Source: Pristiophorus japonicus (lineage: Eukaryota). From it: a DNA stretch of 64,000 bases. Location of the stretch: positions 68,138,001-68,202,000 of the forward strand of contig NC_091987.1 of NCBI RefSeq assembly GCF_044704955.1, written 5' to 3'. Positions 24,366 to 36,924 of this stretch are shown here, piece by piece (the stretch's first letter is position 1; every line of letters starts with the position of its first letter). Both the position numbers and the translations under genes were made by a program. Below the pieces are notes generated by a model. That model was not told the origin of the DNA. It saw only the letters and a program-made list of their open reading frames with translations, and ran no database searches.

Positions 24366-26309
24366 CAAATTTTTAGCCTTTGCATGTTTTTTTCCATCCT
24401 GAGGAATGACACTACAGGATCCCGTTACTTGCACCTAAGGAGGCTTTTCAAGACCGTGCATGTACAGTCCAGCTTCACAATATAGTTTGATATAACTGCA
24501 GTCTCTGCATTAAAGATCTTCAGGCAACATGCTTCCCTCCAATCTCAGCACACTAAAACTGTATTGATTGGTGTCCATGATTAATGAGTACCAGATAATT
24601 CAAGACCGAATCAGAACCCTCATCAATGAGCCCGTTTCCAAATCAAATGACAGTTTCCATTGATGTTTCACTGGGGTGGGAGTTGTGTGTTGGCAGTTTT
24701 AATAAAATCTTATAAAGCTGCTATTGTGGAAATGGAAATAACCGATAGCCAATCATCACTGATATGCAGCAATTTCTGGTTTGCAAGGCAGAAATCCCTG
24801 ATGATTATACTTTTCACAGACCTGCAGCGTTTTATCTTCAAATCTGATGTAATAGTTTTATTACTATTCCCCATCTTCCCATTTTGTTTCATTGATATTG
24901 ACTAGCCTAGTTGTCACATATATGAGGAAGTATTTTATTTTGATCGTTTTTGTCCATATTTCATAGGAATACAAAATTGGTTACTCATGTCCCAATGAGG
25001 AAATGTTCACTGGGGGATTCCTAAATTTCATTCAAAATCTAAGGACTTTTCAGTTTGCACCAAATGATGTAACTTTTTGACACAGATTGTATATTGAAGA
25101 GCTGCTAGGAAGGCTGGTTGCGGAGTCAGTTAAGAAACAGCTAGTGCTGTAACGGGAACATGGGAGAATTCATACTCTAGAAGGATGCAATCAGCTGAGC
25201 GAAAGGGCCTTTGTTCCAGTCTATCTTGTGAGTTAGAATTTTTAGCATTGTGACATCAGCCTTTGATCCATCAGAGATCTGAGTCCCAACTAGGAAATAT
25301 TCACATTTAAACCAATCTACTGCATCTGTAAATCTTGGGATCCTGTCCATGTATTGCAGTGACCGGCTAAGCTCCTGAATGTCAATCGTTCAACTTGAAA
25401 TGGTACACAATCACCAGTGTACTGTTTCTGTCCCTTACTATGTGCAAAATAGAATGTTAATATAAACAAAATGCAAAGACCCAGTATTTTATTTTTCTCT
25501 AAACCAGCTGCTTCATTTGCCACTCTGCAGCAGCTCACCCAGGATTTTAGAAAGCCATCCGACAATTTTTTTAACGTAGCTATCTTGTACTGCAATGTTC
25601 TCCTGGGTACAAAATATCATTTATGTAAATGATTTATTACTTATTGATTGAGCTCCACTTGAACACATACTATTTGGAGAATGGGGGAGGGTACGGTTAC
25701 CACTGGCAGCATTGTAGAGCTCGACACTTAGCAATAGTACAGTGCCCGCCATTAAAATCAGCAGAATCAAATTTCCTGTCCCTTGGTAAGTCGGCAGTGG
25801 TTGATAGCAATATTTGCCTGAGCTCAGGCAATTTGAAACCAAACCACCAATTTTATTGCGTATGTGTGCTGCTAATGGTGCTTCACTCTTCTGTGTATCG
25901 CTGATAATAGTGCCGCTTTCCCCTGTGTGTTGTGGATAATGGTGTGCTGCTAATAATGTTGCTGCTCTCCCTTGCGGATTGCCGGTAATGGCGTCCTTTG
26001 CTTGTGCTTGCATATTCTCCTTTTTTTCCTCCCTCTTTCTCTTCCCCCACTATCTTTCCTCCCCCACCCCCCCCCCCCCACCAGCCCCACTTTGCCATTG
26101 TTGATTATGGTTCTGATTATTCTATTTTCCAAAGGGCATGTGTTCGGTCGAAGACTGAGACTGCCTGCAGGGCAGCTGCAGCGAGCGGGATTTTGATTAT
26201 CAGGCATCATCTATACAACAACAATCTAGTAAACAGCAGTCTCCATGTATTCAGAAGGGCAAACTCCGATTTCTGTCTTTCGAGGAACTGGCAAGTCCTA
26301 TGATGTGGC

Positions 26310-28730
26310 ATCCCTCGACTTCTAAAAGGCTGTTGACAAACTTCCACACAAGGTTATCAATGAAACTTTAAACCTTAGAGCTGTGAGGATTCAGGGTAAA
26401 CCCTGGGAATGGATAAGAAAGAAACTTGTTGAAGGGTGGGAAACGATTGCTCCTGAGAGGAGTTATGTCAGAATGGGGGATGGAAAAAGTACTGAGTGAG
26501 GTACCTCAGGGCTCCGTGTTGGGAGCAGTTCTGTTCTTAATTTAAATAAATGACGTAGATTTGGAAATTCAGTGCAGTGTAATTGGAAGAGATGGCTCAG
26601 AAATTACAGAATGAATCGGGCAAGATGTGTAAATACAGAACAATTCGAGATGTAATTAAATGGTCAGGTGTGAAAGGTTACACATTGAAGAAAAAGTAGG
26701 CAACATGAAAAATCCATGAATGGTGTTGAATGAAATCTAGGATTCTTCGACTCATCACTAAACGTATCCAACCAATGCAGAGCAGCAATCAACAAAGCAA
26801 AAAGGATGTTGAACTACATAGTGAAAACAAAGAATATATATCAGAGGAGGGAATGATCACATTTTATAGTACTCTGGTTAGACTGCATCTTAAATGCTGC
26901 ATCCAGTTCTGGTCGCCAAAAAATGAGCGAGACATTCTGTTGCTGGAGGCATTGCAGAAAAGAGCCACAAGGCTAATTCAGGGGTCTGAGGTAATGATGA
27001 GTCACAATGCAGATTACGTCCACTAAGGGGTACAACGGACATGATCTTCACCACGCGACAACTACAAGAGAAATGCAGGAAACCGCACCAACCTCCCAAA
27101 GGCCTTTGACATTGTCAACCATGAGGTTGCTCCAAAAGTTTGTCACCATCCTCCGCCTGCTCCACAACGACATGCAGGCCGTGATCCTGACCAACAGATC
27201 CACCACAGACCCAATCCACCTCTGGACCGGGGTCAAGCAGGGCTGCGTCATTGCACCAACGCTCTTCTGAATCTTCCTTGCTGCAATGCTCCATCTCACT
27301 CTCAACAAGCTCCCCACTGGAATAGAACTAAACTATAGAACCAATGGGAACCTGTTCAACCGTTGTCGCCCCCAGGCTAGATCCAAGGTCGCCACATCCT
27401 CTGTCATCGAAATACAGTACGCAGACAATGCTTGTGTCTGCGCACATTCAGAAGCCGAACTCCAAGCCATCATCAACACCTTCACCGAAGCATATGAAAG
27501 CATGGGCCTTACACTAAACATCCATAAGACAAAGGTCCTCCACTAACCTGACCCCGCCTCACAGCACTGCCCACTGGTCATCAAAATCCATGGCCTGGCC
27601 TTGGACAACGTGGACCATTTTCCTTACCTGTGGAGCCTATTATCAGCAAAGGCAGACATCGATGACTAGGTCCAACACTGCCTCCAGTGTGTCAGCGCAG
27701 CCTTTGGTTGCCTGAGGAAGAGAGTGTTTGAAGGCTAAGACCTCAAATCTTGCACCAAGTTTATGGTCTACAGGGCAGCACATATGATACCTGCCCTCCT
27801 ATATGGCTCAGACGTAGACTATATACAGCAGACACCTCAAAGCACTGGCAAAGTACCACCAGCGCTGCCTCCGCAAGATCCTGCAAATCCATTGGGAGGA
27901 TAGACGCGCCAACATCGGTGTTCTCGCTCAGGTCAGTATCAAAGCACTGACAACACTCGATCAGCTCCGTTGGGCAGGCCACATTGTGCACATGCCTGAC
28001 ACGAGACTCCCTAAGCAAGTGCTCTACTCTGAACTCCTACACGGCAAGCGAACTCCAGGTGAGCAGAGGAAACGCTTCAAGGACACCCTCAAAACCTCCT
28101 TGATAAAGTGTAACATCCCCACCTGCACCTGGGAATCCCGGACCCAAGACCGCCCAAAGTGGAGGAAGAGCATCCGGGAGGGATCTGAGCATCTAGAGTC
28201 CCGTCGCCGAGAGCATGCAGAAAACAAGCGCAGATAGCAAAAGGAGTGTGCGGCAAACCAGACTCTCCACCCACCCTTTCCTTCAACCACTGTCTGTCCC
28301 ACCTGTGACAGAGACTGTAATTCCCATATTGGACCGTACAGTCACCTGAGAATTCACTTTGAGTGGAAGCAAGTCTTCCTCGATTTTGAGGGACTGCCTA
28401 TCATGATAATGAGGTAATGAAGAAAAACTTGGGCTTCCCAGCCTGGAAAGAAGGTTTGAGGGATAATCTTAGAGGTATGAGATTCCTAAATTGGAATATT
28501 ACTTTAAATTAAACCGTGAGAATGGGGAACGAGGGGCACAGGTTCAAACGAGAGATGGGTAGTTTTAGGAATCATCACAACATTTTTCAAGAGTAATAAA
28601 CAAAGAGATAGTCTAGAGGAGGCCAAAACTCTTATCATTGAAGTAACATTTGGATTCTACAGGCTGCAAAGGGTGATGTACGGATTTTCCTGAATGGATG
28701 AAGTAAAATGTGCTGAATGGCCTTCCTCAT
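26310..28730 (+). mobile_element. Old CR1 LINE interrupted by an RTE
   Basis: gaggtacctcagggctccgtgttggg (VPQGSVLG), FYSTLVRLHLKCCIQFWSP; resumes after 28410. Confidence 0.75.
27001..28410 (+). mobile_element. RTE LINE, 5'-truncated
   Basis: TGVKQGCVIAPTLF, QYADNAC, GLTLNIHKTKVL, RLPKQVLYSEL; 13-bp TSD gaggtaatgaWga (26988-27000 and 28411-28423). Confidence 0.92.
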
Positions 28731-29074
28731 CCATATTGTCTTGAGACAATTTTGCTCCCTAATAGTATTACCTTTACTTCTTTTGGAGGAGTACAATTTT
28801 TAAAAAAATGGGAGCAGCACCGAATCTCAACTTTGCATTGCACAGTCAGGGAGACCATGAAAGGTGGGCCAGAGCCACATTGAACAGCTGGGGTGATGGA
28901 TGAAAGCCCCCTCGAGATATGGAAGTGGGGGAGATGCTCATTCCCAGACCAATAATAATGAAGGAAACATCTAAAAGCCATTGACCGCTCTTTCTGTAAG
29001 AATAGGAGTTTCTGTATGTAGGGACTACTCGATGTGTTTCTTGGTTTAGAAAGAGTGTGATATCCTTTATCTGG

Positions 29075-29165
29075 ATGGCTCAGGGCCAGCAATTGTTGCT
29101 GATTCTTCTGTTCCAGGTGCTCACTTGTGCAAAATTTCTCACACTGATGCTTCAGGAAATAGAAG
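29075..29165 (+). CDS. Candidate alternative signal-peptide first exon (MAQGQQLLLILLFQVLTCAKFLTLMLQEIE-G)
   Basis: ATG-initiated 91-nt segment with a hydrophobic core, ending at AAG|GTATGA in phase 1, compatible with exon 2; lies in apparently non-repetitive sequence. Confidence 0.35.
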
Positions 29166-30108
29166 GTATGATTAATGGATTTCACTTGCTGTGGCATGTA
29201 AATGTGAGAGTAATGTCGTGTGGATTATGGCCTGTACAATAGATGGCAACATCAATATAAAAATTCTAGTTTCAATAACACATTGCTATACTTAAGTTTT
29301 TAATTCTCCACTAAATGTTGAGTGTTAATTTCAACATTTTTATTTAAAGCACTGCATTGTTAACCTGTGCAGTGGCTCCTTTACTAATTCTAATGTATGC
29401 TTTTAATGCTGCGAAATTGGCACCTGCTGCACTTCTGACTTTGTTTTTACTTGAAAGGGAAAGTCTATAGTGGGTATGTTGTTGTTTTAGGCCTGTGGCC
29501 TCAATTTAGCTGTCACTTGGTCATTAATGTGCTTGCATTTTTTGGGCTCATTAAAAATAAAACTCATTGGGCAGCAATGGATTTGTGACTAATAGTTACA
29601 CGTGGCACACCATGTATGGCCTGGCATAAGGATTAGTTTTATTTAAATTTGACTCATTAAATTTACATTTGTTGGCAGTCCAGTTTACGCAGGTATTTTT
29701 TGTACTGAAGCACAGAAGGGGGTGGGAAAAAAATCAAAATGGAATGTATTGAATTTCTATTTTTATTCTTGGCCACCAAAAATCTAGATTGACTTTTTCA
29801 GTGAGGTACAGACACTTTTCGGTTGCTGAACAGCTTCAGTTGGATGCTATTATTTTTTTTAATGTTTTAAAAATCTATGTTGTGACTGGTCACTTCAAGC
29901 GTCCTCTTGAGTATGGGAATTTCATGGGAACACCGCTGGAATAACTGGGGAAATAACCAACTTTGTGATATTTGGAATGTGACTAACAAGACCATTTTGG
30001 CTTATTTTAAGTACCCCACCATTCCATATTTATACCAGATGTTTTTTGTGACTCGGCAATAGAATCAAATTTCACTAGATAATGAAGATGGGCGTGATCC
30101 AAGACCAT

Positions 30109-30525
30109 GGAGTCAATTTTAACCCTACCCATCCGGCAGAATGGGCAGTTGTTTTAAAAAAAAAAGTAACTCTGTTACCTACCCACTCCGATCCCGACTG
30201 TTTCCAATGTTAACCTGTAGGGTTTCACAGGCGGATGAGACACCCCTCTAAAGTAAATGGGAGCCCTGTAAATTTAAACTAATGAGTCCTGTTATGTAAC
30301 CAGGGCCTGAGTGGTGAGCTGCCGTGGGTTTCCTGCTAGGCAGAAGCAGTTTTTTTAGTTGGTCTGAAGACCAAAGAGGCTCCTTGGATAAGTCTACAAC
30401 TTCCCTTTGTGGGACCAAGAGGAACAGGAGTGCTCCTCCAGTCCCCACCGGGAAAGTCGTGACCGGAAATCGACTTGCTGCAGTAGTTTCCCACCAGAAA
30501 CCAGTTCCAAATTAAAATTTGCCCT
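30109..30525. mobile_element. Degenerate Harbinger-type MITE
   Basis: Ends GGAGTCAATTTTAA and TTAAAATTTGCCC; weak match. Confidence 0.4.
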
Positions 30526-32185
30526 GCTATGATAAGGTTACTTCTTGGTGAAAAACATAAGTAATTGACTTGCCACACGAGGTATAATTGGCTTGTGGAC
30601 CTAGTTATGACAGAACGTGGACTTCCAGTTCTTCCAGGCTTAAAGGAGTGCCGCACATATTTGAATAAGTGCTACTGTTATCCTTTCAGTGCTGTGGTTG
30701 GAGCTTCCCTTCATCTGTCCAGCTGAAAAATCCAACAGATTTATTACAAACATCAGATTGAAAGTAAAAGCAAACCACCACTTCACAGTCGTAGCTTTTA
30801 GAGTGCCTTTAACATTTAAGTCACTGAGCCTTCCTTACTTAAGGAATACATTCATGATTCCCTTTTGGGCCACTGAGGAGGGCGAAGCTGGAGTGGCTTA
30901 GGCTGGGTTTGTAGAGTCAGGAGGAGGACTTCTCCACCCAGCCTCACTAAAATGCTGAGGAACTTAACATCGGGATCCTTTTCAGCTGCAACACCACCTA
31001 ATGCTGGTCAATGTGTACATGGCTCGCTCTCTACCCAGCTCGGGCTACAAATGACACTCAACGTCTTAATGTACCCCATAGCATTTTAAACAGGCCTGCC
31101 GCCTGACTTGAGGACTCTCCGCACACTCGGTGGTGGGCTTGTGGAAACATTGCCATGGTCACAACAAAGCAGCAATGGGGTAGTAGGTCATTGCCCAGGT
31201 GCCACTACCCTGTTTCCCCCAGGTAGGAGGCCTGAAAATTCAGCTCTGCCCCCTGTTACTTATAGAGCTTCTTGCACAAGTATCTTTAAATGGATTGGAC
31301 TGTCTTTAATTGGATAAAATCCTATCGTCAGACTCCAGTTACTATAATCTTGATTTTTAACCCCCAGGCATGTGAGGGGGAGGTTATAATAGGGGCAGAA
31401 TACTGACCTCTCCTGCCCTCCGCCAATTTAACTCCTGGATTTTTGGAGGCTCACCACAGGCAGGCGAGGGTCTCCTAAATATGGAAAAGTTGGTATCTTA
31501 TGACTCTCATAGGACCTAACAGGATTTTAACTTGCAGTCGTGCGATTCGTGCTGAGTGCCAGAGACAAGTAGGATCTCAGCCAGAAGTAGCCCAGGAAAG
31601 TAGGTTCTTATTTTTATTCCCTTGTGGGCCAGGAGGAGCAGGAATGTTCTTCTAGACCCCACAAGAAAGCCTTGGGCCTCCCCATAGCATGGACTTCCTC
31701 CCCCTCGACTCCAACCAAATCAGCACTGACCAAGACTAGAATCTGGGACCTACCTGGTCTGTATGGCTCAGGCTCACACTGGTACATGGGTTAAATACGT
31801 TTAATACAAGAGTCTATGTAAGGGGATCCTCACCATCCTTGGCAACCACCCCTCCAACTTTCCTGCCTATTATTTTGACTCTTGAGAGCCTTAACTGCTT
31901 GCAATGGAATGATGATCCTCCCAATTTAAATATTAATCTGAGGCAAAGATAGGTGCATTTATACTGCAGACATCCATCCAGCATTGATTCCAACTAGACA
32001 GTACCCTGTTTATTGTCTGGCTCCACTTGAAATTCTCCTGCCCAGGAGAGTAATCTGCATGCACAGAGTTCCCCCTCCAAATGTTCAATTTGCAATGTTT
32101 TGCGAGTATGGCCAGGAGCATTTGCCACTTTAACACCTTTACATCAGCACTGAGTAAGTTCAAAACAAGCCACTTGAGTTATTTC

Positions 32186-32360
32186 TGTGATATATTCTTT
32201 ACAATATCACGAACACACAGACTGCCCAAGATGGCTATTAACTCAGGAACTTGTCAGGTAATCTGTCACCTGATGCTTTATTCTTGTAAACAGCAATGAC
32301 TACATTACCACAGTCGTCCACTGGGTGGCGAAGTAGTCCACTAGGTGGAACTATATTACA
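32186..32360 (-). repeat. 3' LTR (175 bp)
   Basis: Aligns with 34891-35042. Confidence 0.88.
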
Positions 32361-32364
32361 CAAT

Positions 32365-34760
32365 CATTCCAACATTCAACTCCTTCCACACCTGTAGGTA
32401 AAATATGATCATTGTGAACAAACCTAACCTTTCCTTGATCAAACATCTTGACCAAATATGTACGAGAACCACATATCTTCACCACTCTTCCTGGTAACCA
32501 TTAACAATTTATGGTGATGGTTCTTCACTCTCACTTCTGATTTAATTTCACACCTCTATCATGATTCTCTTTAGATATGTCAAAGTGAACTAACATGGTG
32601 CTCTCTACCAACTGGCTTTTACACTCCTTGAATGCTGCATGGCATTCTTCTGACCACTTCCAATGGACCTGTTGTTTCAACAGCTCATTCAATGGATGTA
32701 ACACTGTAGCCAAATTTGGTAGGAACTTCCCATAATAGTCCAAAAAAGACCCCAAAATGATCGAAATTCAGTGACATTCTTGGGAGTAGGTGCATTTCTA
32801 ATTGCATCCAGCTTTCCCTTGGTTGGATGTAAACCATCTTTGTCTACACTGTGCCCTAAGTACTCCACTGAGTTTTGAAATAACTCACACTTGTGAGCAA
32901 TCACACATATTCTGTGCTTTTCTAGCCGTTTGAGCACTTCATTCAATATGTTATGGATTTGCCTGTTTGCTGAAATGAGTATGTAATCTAAATAACATAC
33001 TACCCCTTCAATGCCTTGCAAAATCTGGTTCATCACCCCTTGGAATATAGTGGGGGCAGAAGACATTCCAAATGGTAGCCTATTAAATAGGCCTAGATGA
33101 GTATTTATAGTCAAGCATGAATTGGATTCCTCGTCTAATTCCAGTTGTAAGTAGGCATTTATACGTTCTAACTTCAAGATCTGACCACCTATCTGTGTTG
33201 TGAACAAATCTTCTACATTTGGCAATGTATTGGGGAGATTAACCTCTAGAACTTGGTTTATGGTTACTTTATAATCACCACACATCCTTACCATCTGACT
33301 TGGGTAAAACAGCAATGGATGTAGCCCAATTACATAGATCTATCTTAGAGATAATGTTCTCAGTCTCTAGTCTTTTGAGTTCTTGCTCAACTTTCTCCGA
33401 GTGCATATGGTACAGGAAGTGGCTTGCAGTAAACTGGTCTAGCATCCTTCTGTATCCTGACACTCGCCTTGAAGTCTTGAATCGGACTGCCTGTTTCGCA
33501 GAACACCTTCGGATACTTCTTGATGTCATCATCCTTCGATGCAAATCTCGTTTCAACACACAATCTCACTCCAATCCAGCTTCATTGATCCGAACCAATT
33601 TCTTCCTAGTATAGCAGGCTTGTCTCCTGCAACTACTGAGAGGCAAGCTCTGAAATTGATCCTTGTATTTCACCGGTACAATGATGCAACCTACTTCAGG
33701 AATTTGCTCTCCTGTGTAGCCTCGCAGCCCAACCTTGGATTTCTCCAATGGGAAATCACGCAATTTGTCGAGAGATAGCAATTCCGCTACTATGCTCACA
33801 GATACGTCTGTGTCGATTTCCACGGGTATCCTGGTTCCTGCAACACCTACATGGATGATACTTTTTGAATCGCAGTTAGATACCCTCGTGCTCCTGATGA
33901 TGTGTATCTCTTCACCCTGTTTTTCTTCCATGCTGTGTAGTCTCTGGGGATTTCTACTTATAGTCTTGAAAGTTGGTTTACTCTTCAGTCGGAAAAATGC
34001 CCAGTTTTCCTGCAGATGAAACACTGCGTTCACATATGGACAACTGTGAGCAATGTATTGTCCCAGGCTCTGATAGCATGACTTCAATATGTTGTTACTG
34101 TGGCCAGTTGCTGAGGCCTTGGGGCCCAGCTGCCTTTTTCTTTTAACCTGCAGGCAATTCACTTTGGTTGTCTGATGACTGGAAATGGCTCAATTCTCAG
34201 AAGCATTGGTCGACCATATCCATTGACTCAGCTGTCTGACAAGCTAAATCAAAAGTCAAGTTAGGAGTTGTCAACCACTTCTGATCGCTTCATTTTTCAT
34301 CCCACAAACAAAGCGATCACGCAATGCTCGGTCCTGAAAGTTTCCAAAATGACAGTGAATGGATAGCATTTTTAATGCTACAATGTACTCCCTGATGCAC
34401 TCGTCAGTTAACTGATCTCGTATTCTGAAACTAACTATCAGCAATTTCCAAGGGCTCAGGACTGTAGTACTGTTCTAACTTGCTTAGAATCTCCATAAAT
34501 GATGTGTCCTTTGGCTTAATTGGAATAAGCACATTTTTCAGGACTTTGTACACCTCGAACCCTGCTTCAGTCAAGAAAATAGCCTGTTTTCTTTCTAATA
34601 CGGTTTTCATTATCGGGGACTTCGATGATACTATTTGCAGTGAGAAACATTTCTAGTCGCTCCACATAAGTTCCGAAATTCTCACGGCTGTGTTGAAACT
34701 CTCCCAAGCGCCCTATTATTTTCCTAGGCGCGGTCATCTTGGACTCTGGCAGTTCAGCCA
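32365..34760 (-). pseudogene. gag-protease-RT remnant (RNase H and integrase core missing)
   Basis: Gag IGRLGEF...YVERLEMFLTAN; protease VEIDTDVSVSI; RT VRMCGDYKVTIN...RLPFG...YLDYIL; frameshifts. Confidence 0.88.
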
Positions 34761-34890
34761 AGTGTGCTTGTAATTTACCTAGAACTTGTAGCTATTATGC
34801 AAACAAAGGACCTCTCTAGTCTCTGGTTGATTCCAGCCAAACAACAAACCAAAATTTCAGGAATCCAGGAATCATATCCTTCATCACCAA

Positions 34891-35042
34891 TGTGATATAT
34901 TACGACATCATGAACACATAGACTTCCTAAGATGGCTGTTAGGTCACCTGACAAGTTCCTGAGTTATCATCTAATTCATTCATTCTTGTAAACAGCAATG
35001 GCTGCATTACCACAGTAGTCCACTAGGTGGAACTAGATTACA
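34891..35042 (-). repeat. 5' LTR (152 bp)
   Basis: Adjacent to the PBS and gag start. Confidence 0.88.
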
Positions 35043-35548
35043 TTTTCTAAATTCAAATTGCCATTTCACTTACATTCGACTGCATGTGGTCTCAACCCCT
35101 AGTGTTGTAAAACTCTTCAGGCTTTCATTTAGGGCTGTATTTTCAGCTAATTTACGCCCTGCTTAGTGCCTGGGCAGGGCGCAAAAAATCTTTTAGCGCG
35201 AAACAAGGCGCACAACATTTTGCGCCCAGGCGGAACTTTCGGCAGTAGTTTTATGGCGGCGCTAAAACTTGACGCCTGCCCAATGTTTTTACCATTTGGA
35301 TGACGTCAATTGGTGTGCAACGCTGCGCTCGTGCTCCGATCAGAACATTCGGCCATATCGCCTGATTTAGCGTTCGCCTGGGAATCCGCCAGCAAAAAGT
35401 GGTCGGACTCAGGCCAACCCGGTACTAATGGCGCCATCTTGAAAACTGAGTAGAAGTTCAGTGCATAAAAGGATTGGAAGAAGGCGGCTGCGTTTTCCAT
35501 AGTGAAGTTTTATGAGTTTATATTTCGTTTTAAAGGACATTTTAAAAG

Positions 35549-36693
35549 ATGGGGGCTATACTATGTCAACCATTATTCTTGGCTGCTGTATTTATACAGT
35601 GTCGAACTGCAAGAAGGCTTATTGATCATTTTGGATATAATCAAAGAGGTCGCAGACGTATGGGGAGGAGGCCTTACCCCCAACGACTTTACAGGGAACA
35701 GCGCTCATACCTGCAGCTCTCTGAGGCACAGTGCGTTAGAAGGCTATGCTTCCGAAAAGAGGTGGTCACAAAGATATGCCAGCTCATACATGCAGACCTA
35801 CAGCCTACCAGCAGCAATAGGACTGCACTGCCCATCAAGGTGAAGGTAACTGCAGCACTTGCCTTCTATGCCTCTGGCTCCTTTCGGGCATCAGCAGGGG
35901 ACATATGCTCCATCTCGCAGCATGCTACACATTGCTGCATTCGACAGATGACAATTGCACTGTACGCACGCAGGATGGATTTCTTAAACTTCCAAATGAC
36001 CAAGGAAGAGATTTGGACGATTTGCTGGCTTCCCCCAAGGTTCAGGGTGCCCTTGACTATACCCACATCAACCTGCAAGCACCTTTTACGTAATCCAGAG
36101 GTTTACCGAAACTGAAAGGGATTCCACTCCATGAACGTACAGATCATCTGTGCCCATACTCAACGCATCATGGCAGTCAATGCCCAATATCCAGGGAGCA
36201 TCCACGATGCTTTCATCTTGCGCGAGAGCATTGTCTCAGGCCTGTTCCAGCTTCAACCACAAGGCCCGAGCTGGATGCTCGGGACAAAGGTTACGGCCTC
36301 GTCACCTGGCTCATGACCCCCCCTCAGAACCCTCAGACAGAAGCCGAGCATTACTATAATGAGAGCCATGCAGCCACACGCAACACCGTCATACAGACAA
36401 TTGGAGTGCTCAAGCAGCACTTCCATGCCTGGACCACGTTGGAAGCTGCCTGCGATACTCTCCTCAACAGGTCTGAGTTCATTGTGGAGTGATGCACAAC
36501 TTGACTATCATGCGGGGACAGGATTTGCCATTGGGGACTGCAGGACCACCTCGAGAGAGAGGGGAGGAGGATGATGAAGAGGAGGAACTTGCCGAGGAAC
36601 CCATGCCACCACCACAACCACGGGGGAGGAATCGTGGAAATTTCACTGCTGCAAAAGCCTTCTGTCAGAGTTTCATAATTGAATGCTTTGCTT
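35549..36693 (+). pseudogene. Harbinger DDE transposase (HARBI1-like family)
   Basis: VKVTAALAFYASGSF, FPKVQGALDYTHI, YRN*KGFHSMNVQIIC, YPGSIHDAFIL, LGDKGY..WLMTP; frameshifts and stop. Confidence 0.9.
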
Positions 36694-36924
36694 GAAGAGT
36701 GAACGTTGCGCGTCACTGTTGCCTGGCTACTCTCTCCCACCATGTTGCCTATTCCCCCTCTTACTCTGCAAATGAGACACTACACAGGAATGATTAAGGT
36801 GAACAAAAGAATTTATCAAACATTGTCAAATTTTATAACTTTGAGCAGCGTTTGAAAACATTGAAACTTTAATAAAGTAACATTGTGATCAAACTGATTT
36901 ATACTACAACAAAAACATGATAAC

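Larger units (their letters stand above)
32186..35042 (-). mobile_element. Gypsy/Ty3 LTR retrotransposon, decayed and internally deleted
   Basis: TG...CA LTRs 32186-32360 and 34891-35042; 5-bp flanks ATTTC/TTTTC; PBS-like TGGTGATGAAGGAT at 34889-34876. Confidence 0.92.

Noticed and set aside
25621-26013. 130-aa minus ORF
   Set aside because: No recognisable family; overlaps a degenerate repeat; no supporting exons.
35549-36693. Host gene HARBI1
   Set aside because: Frameshifts and a stop, flanking TIRs and a paired Myb gene show a decayed transposon; the same applies to 6990-8890.
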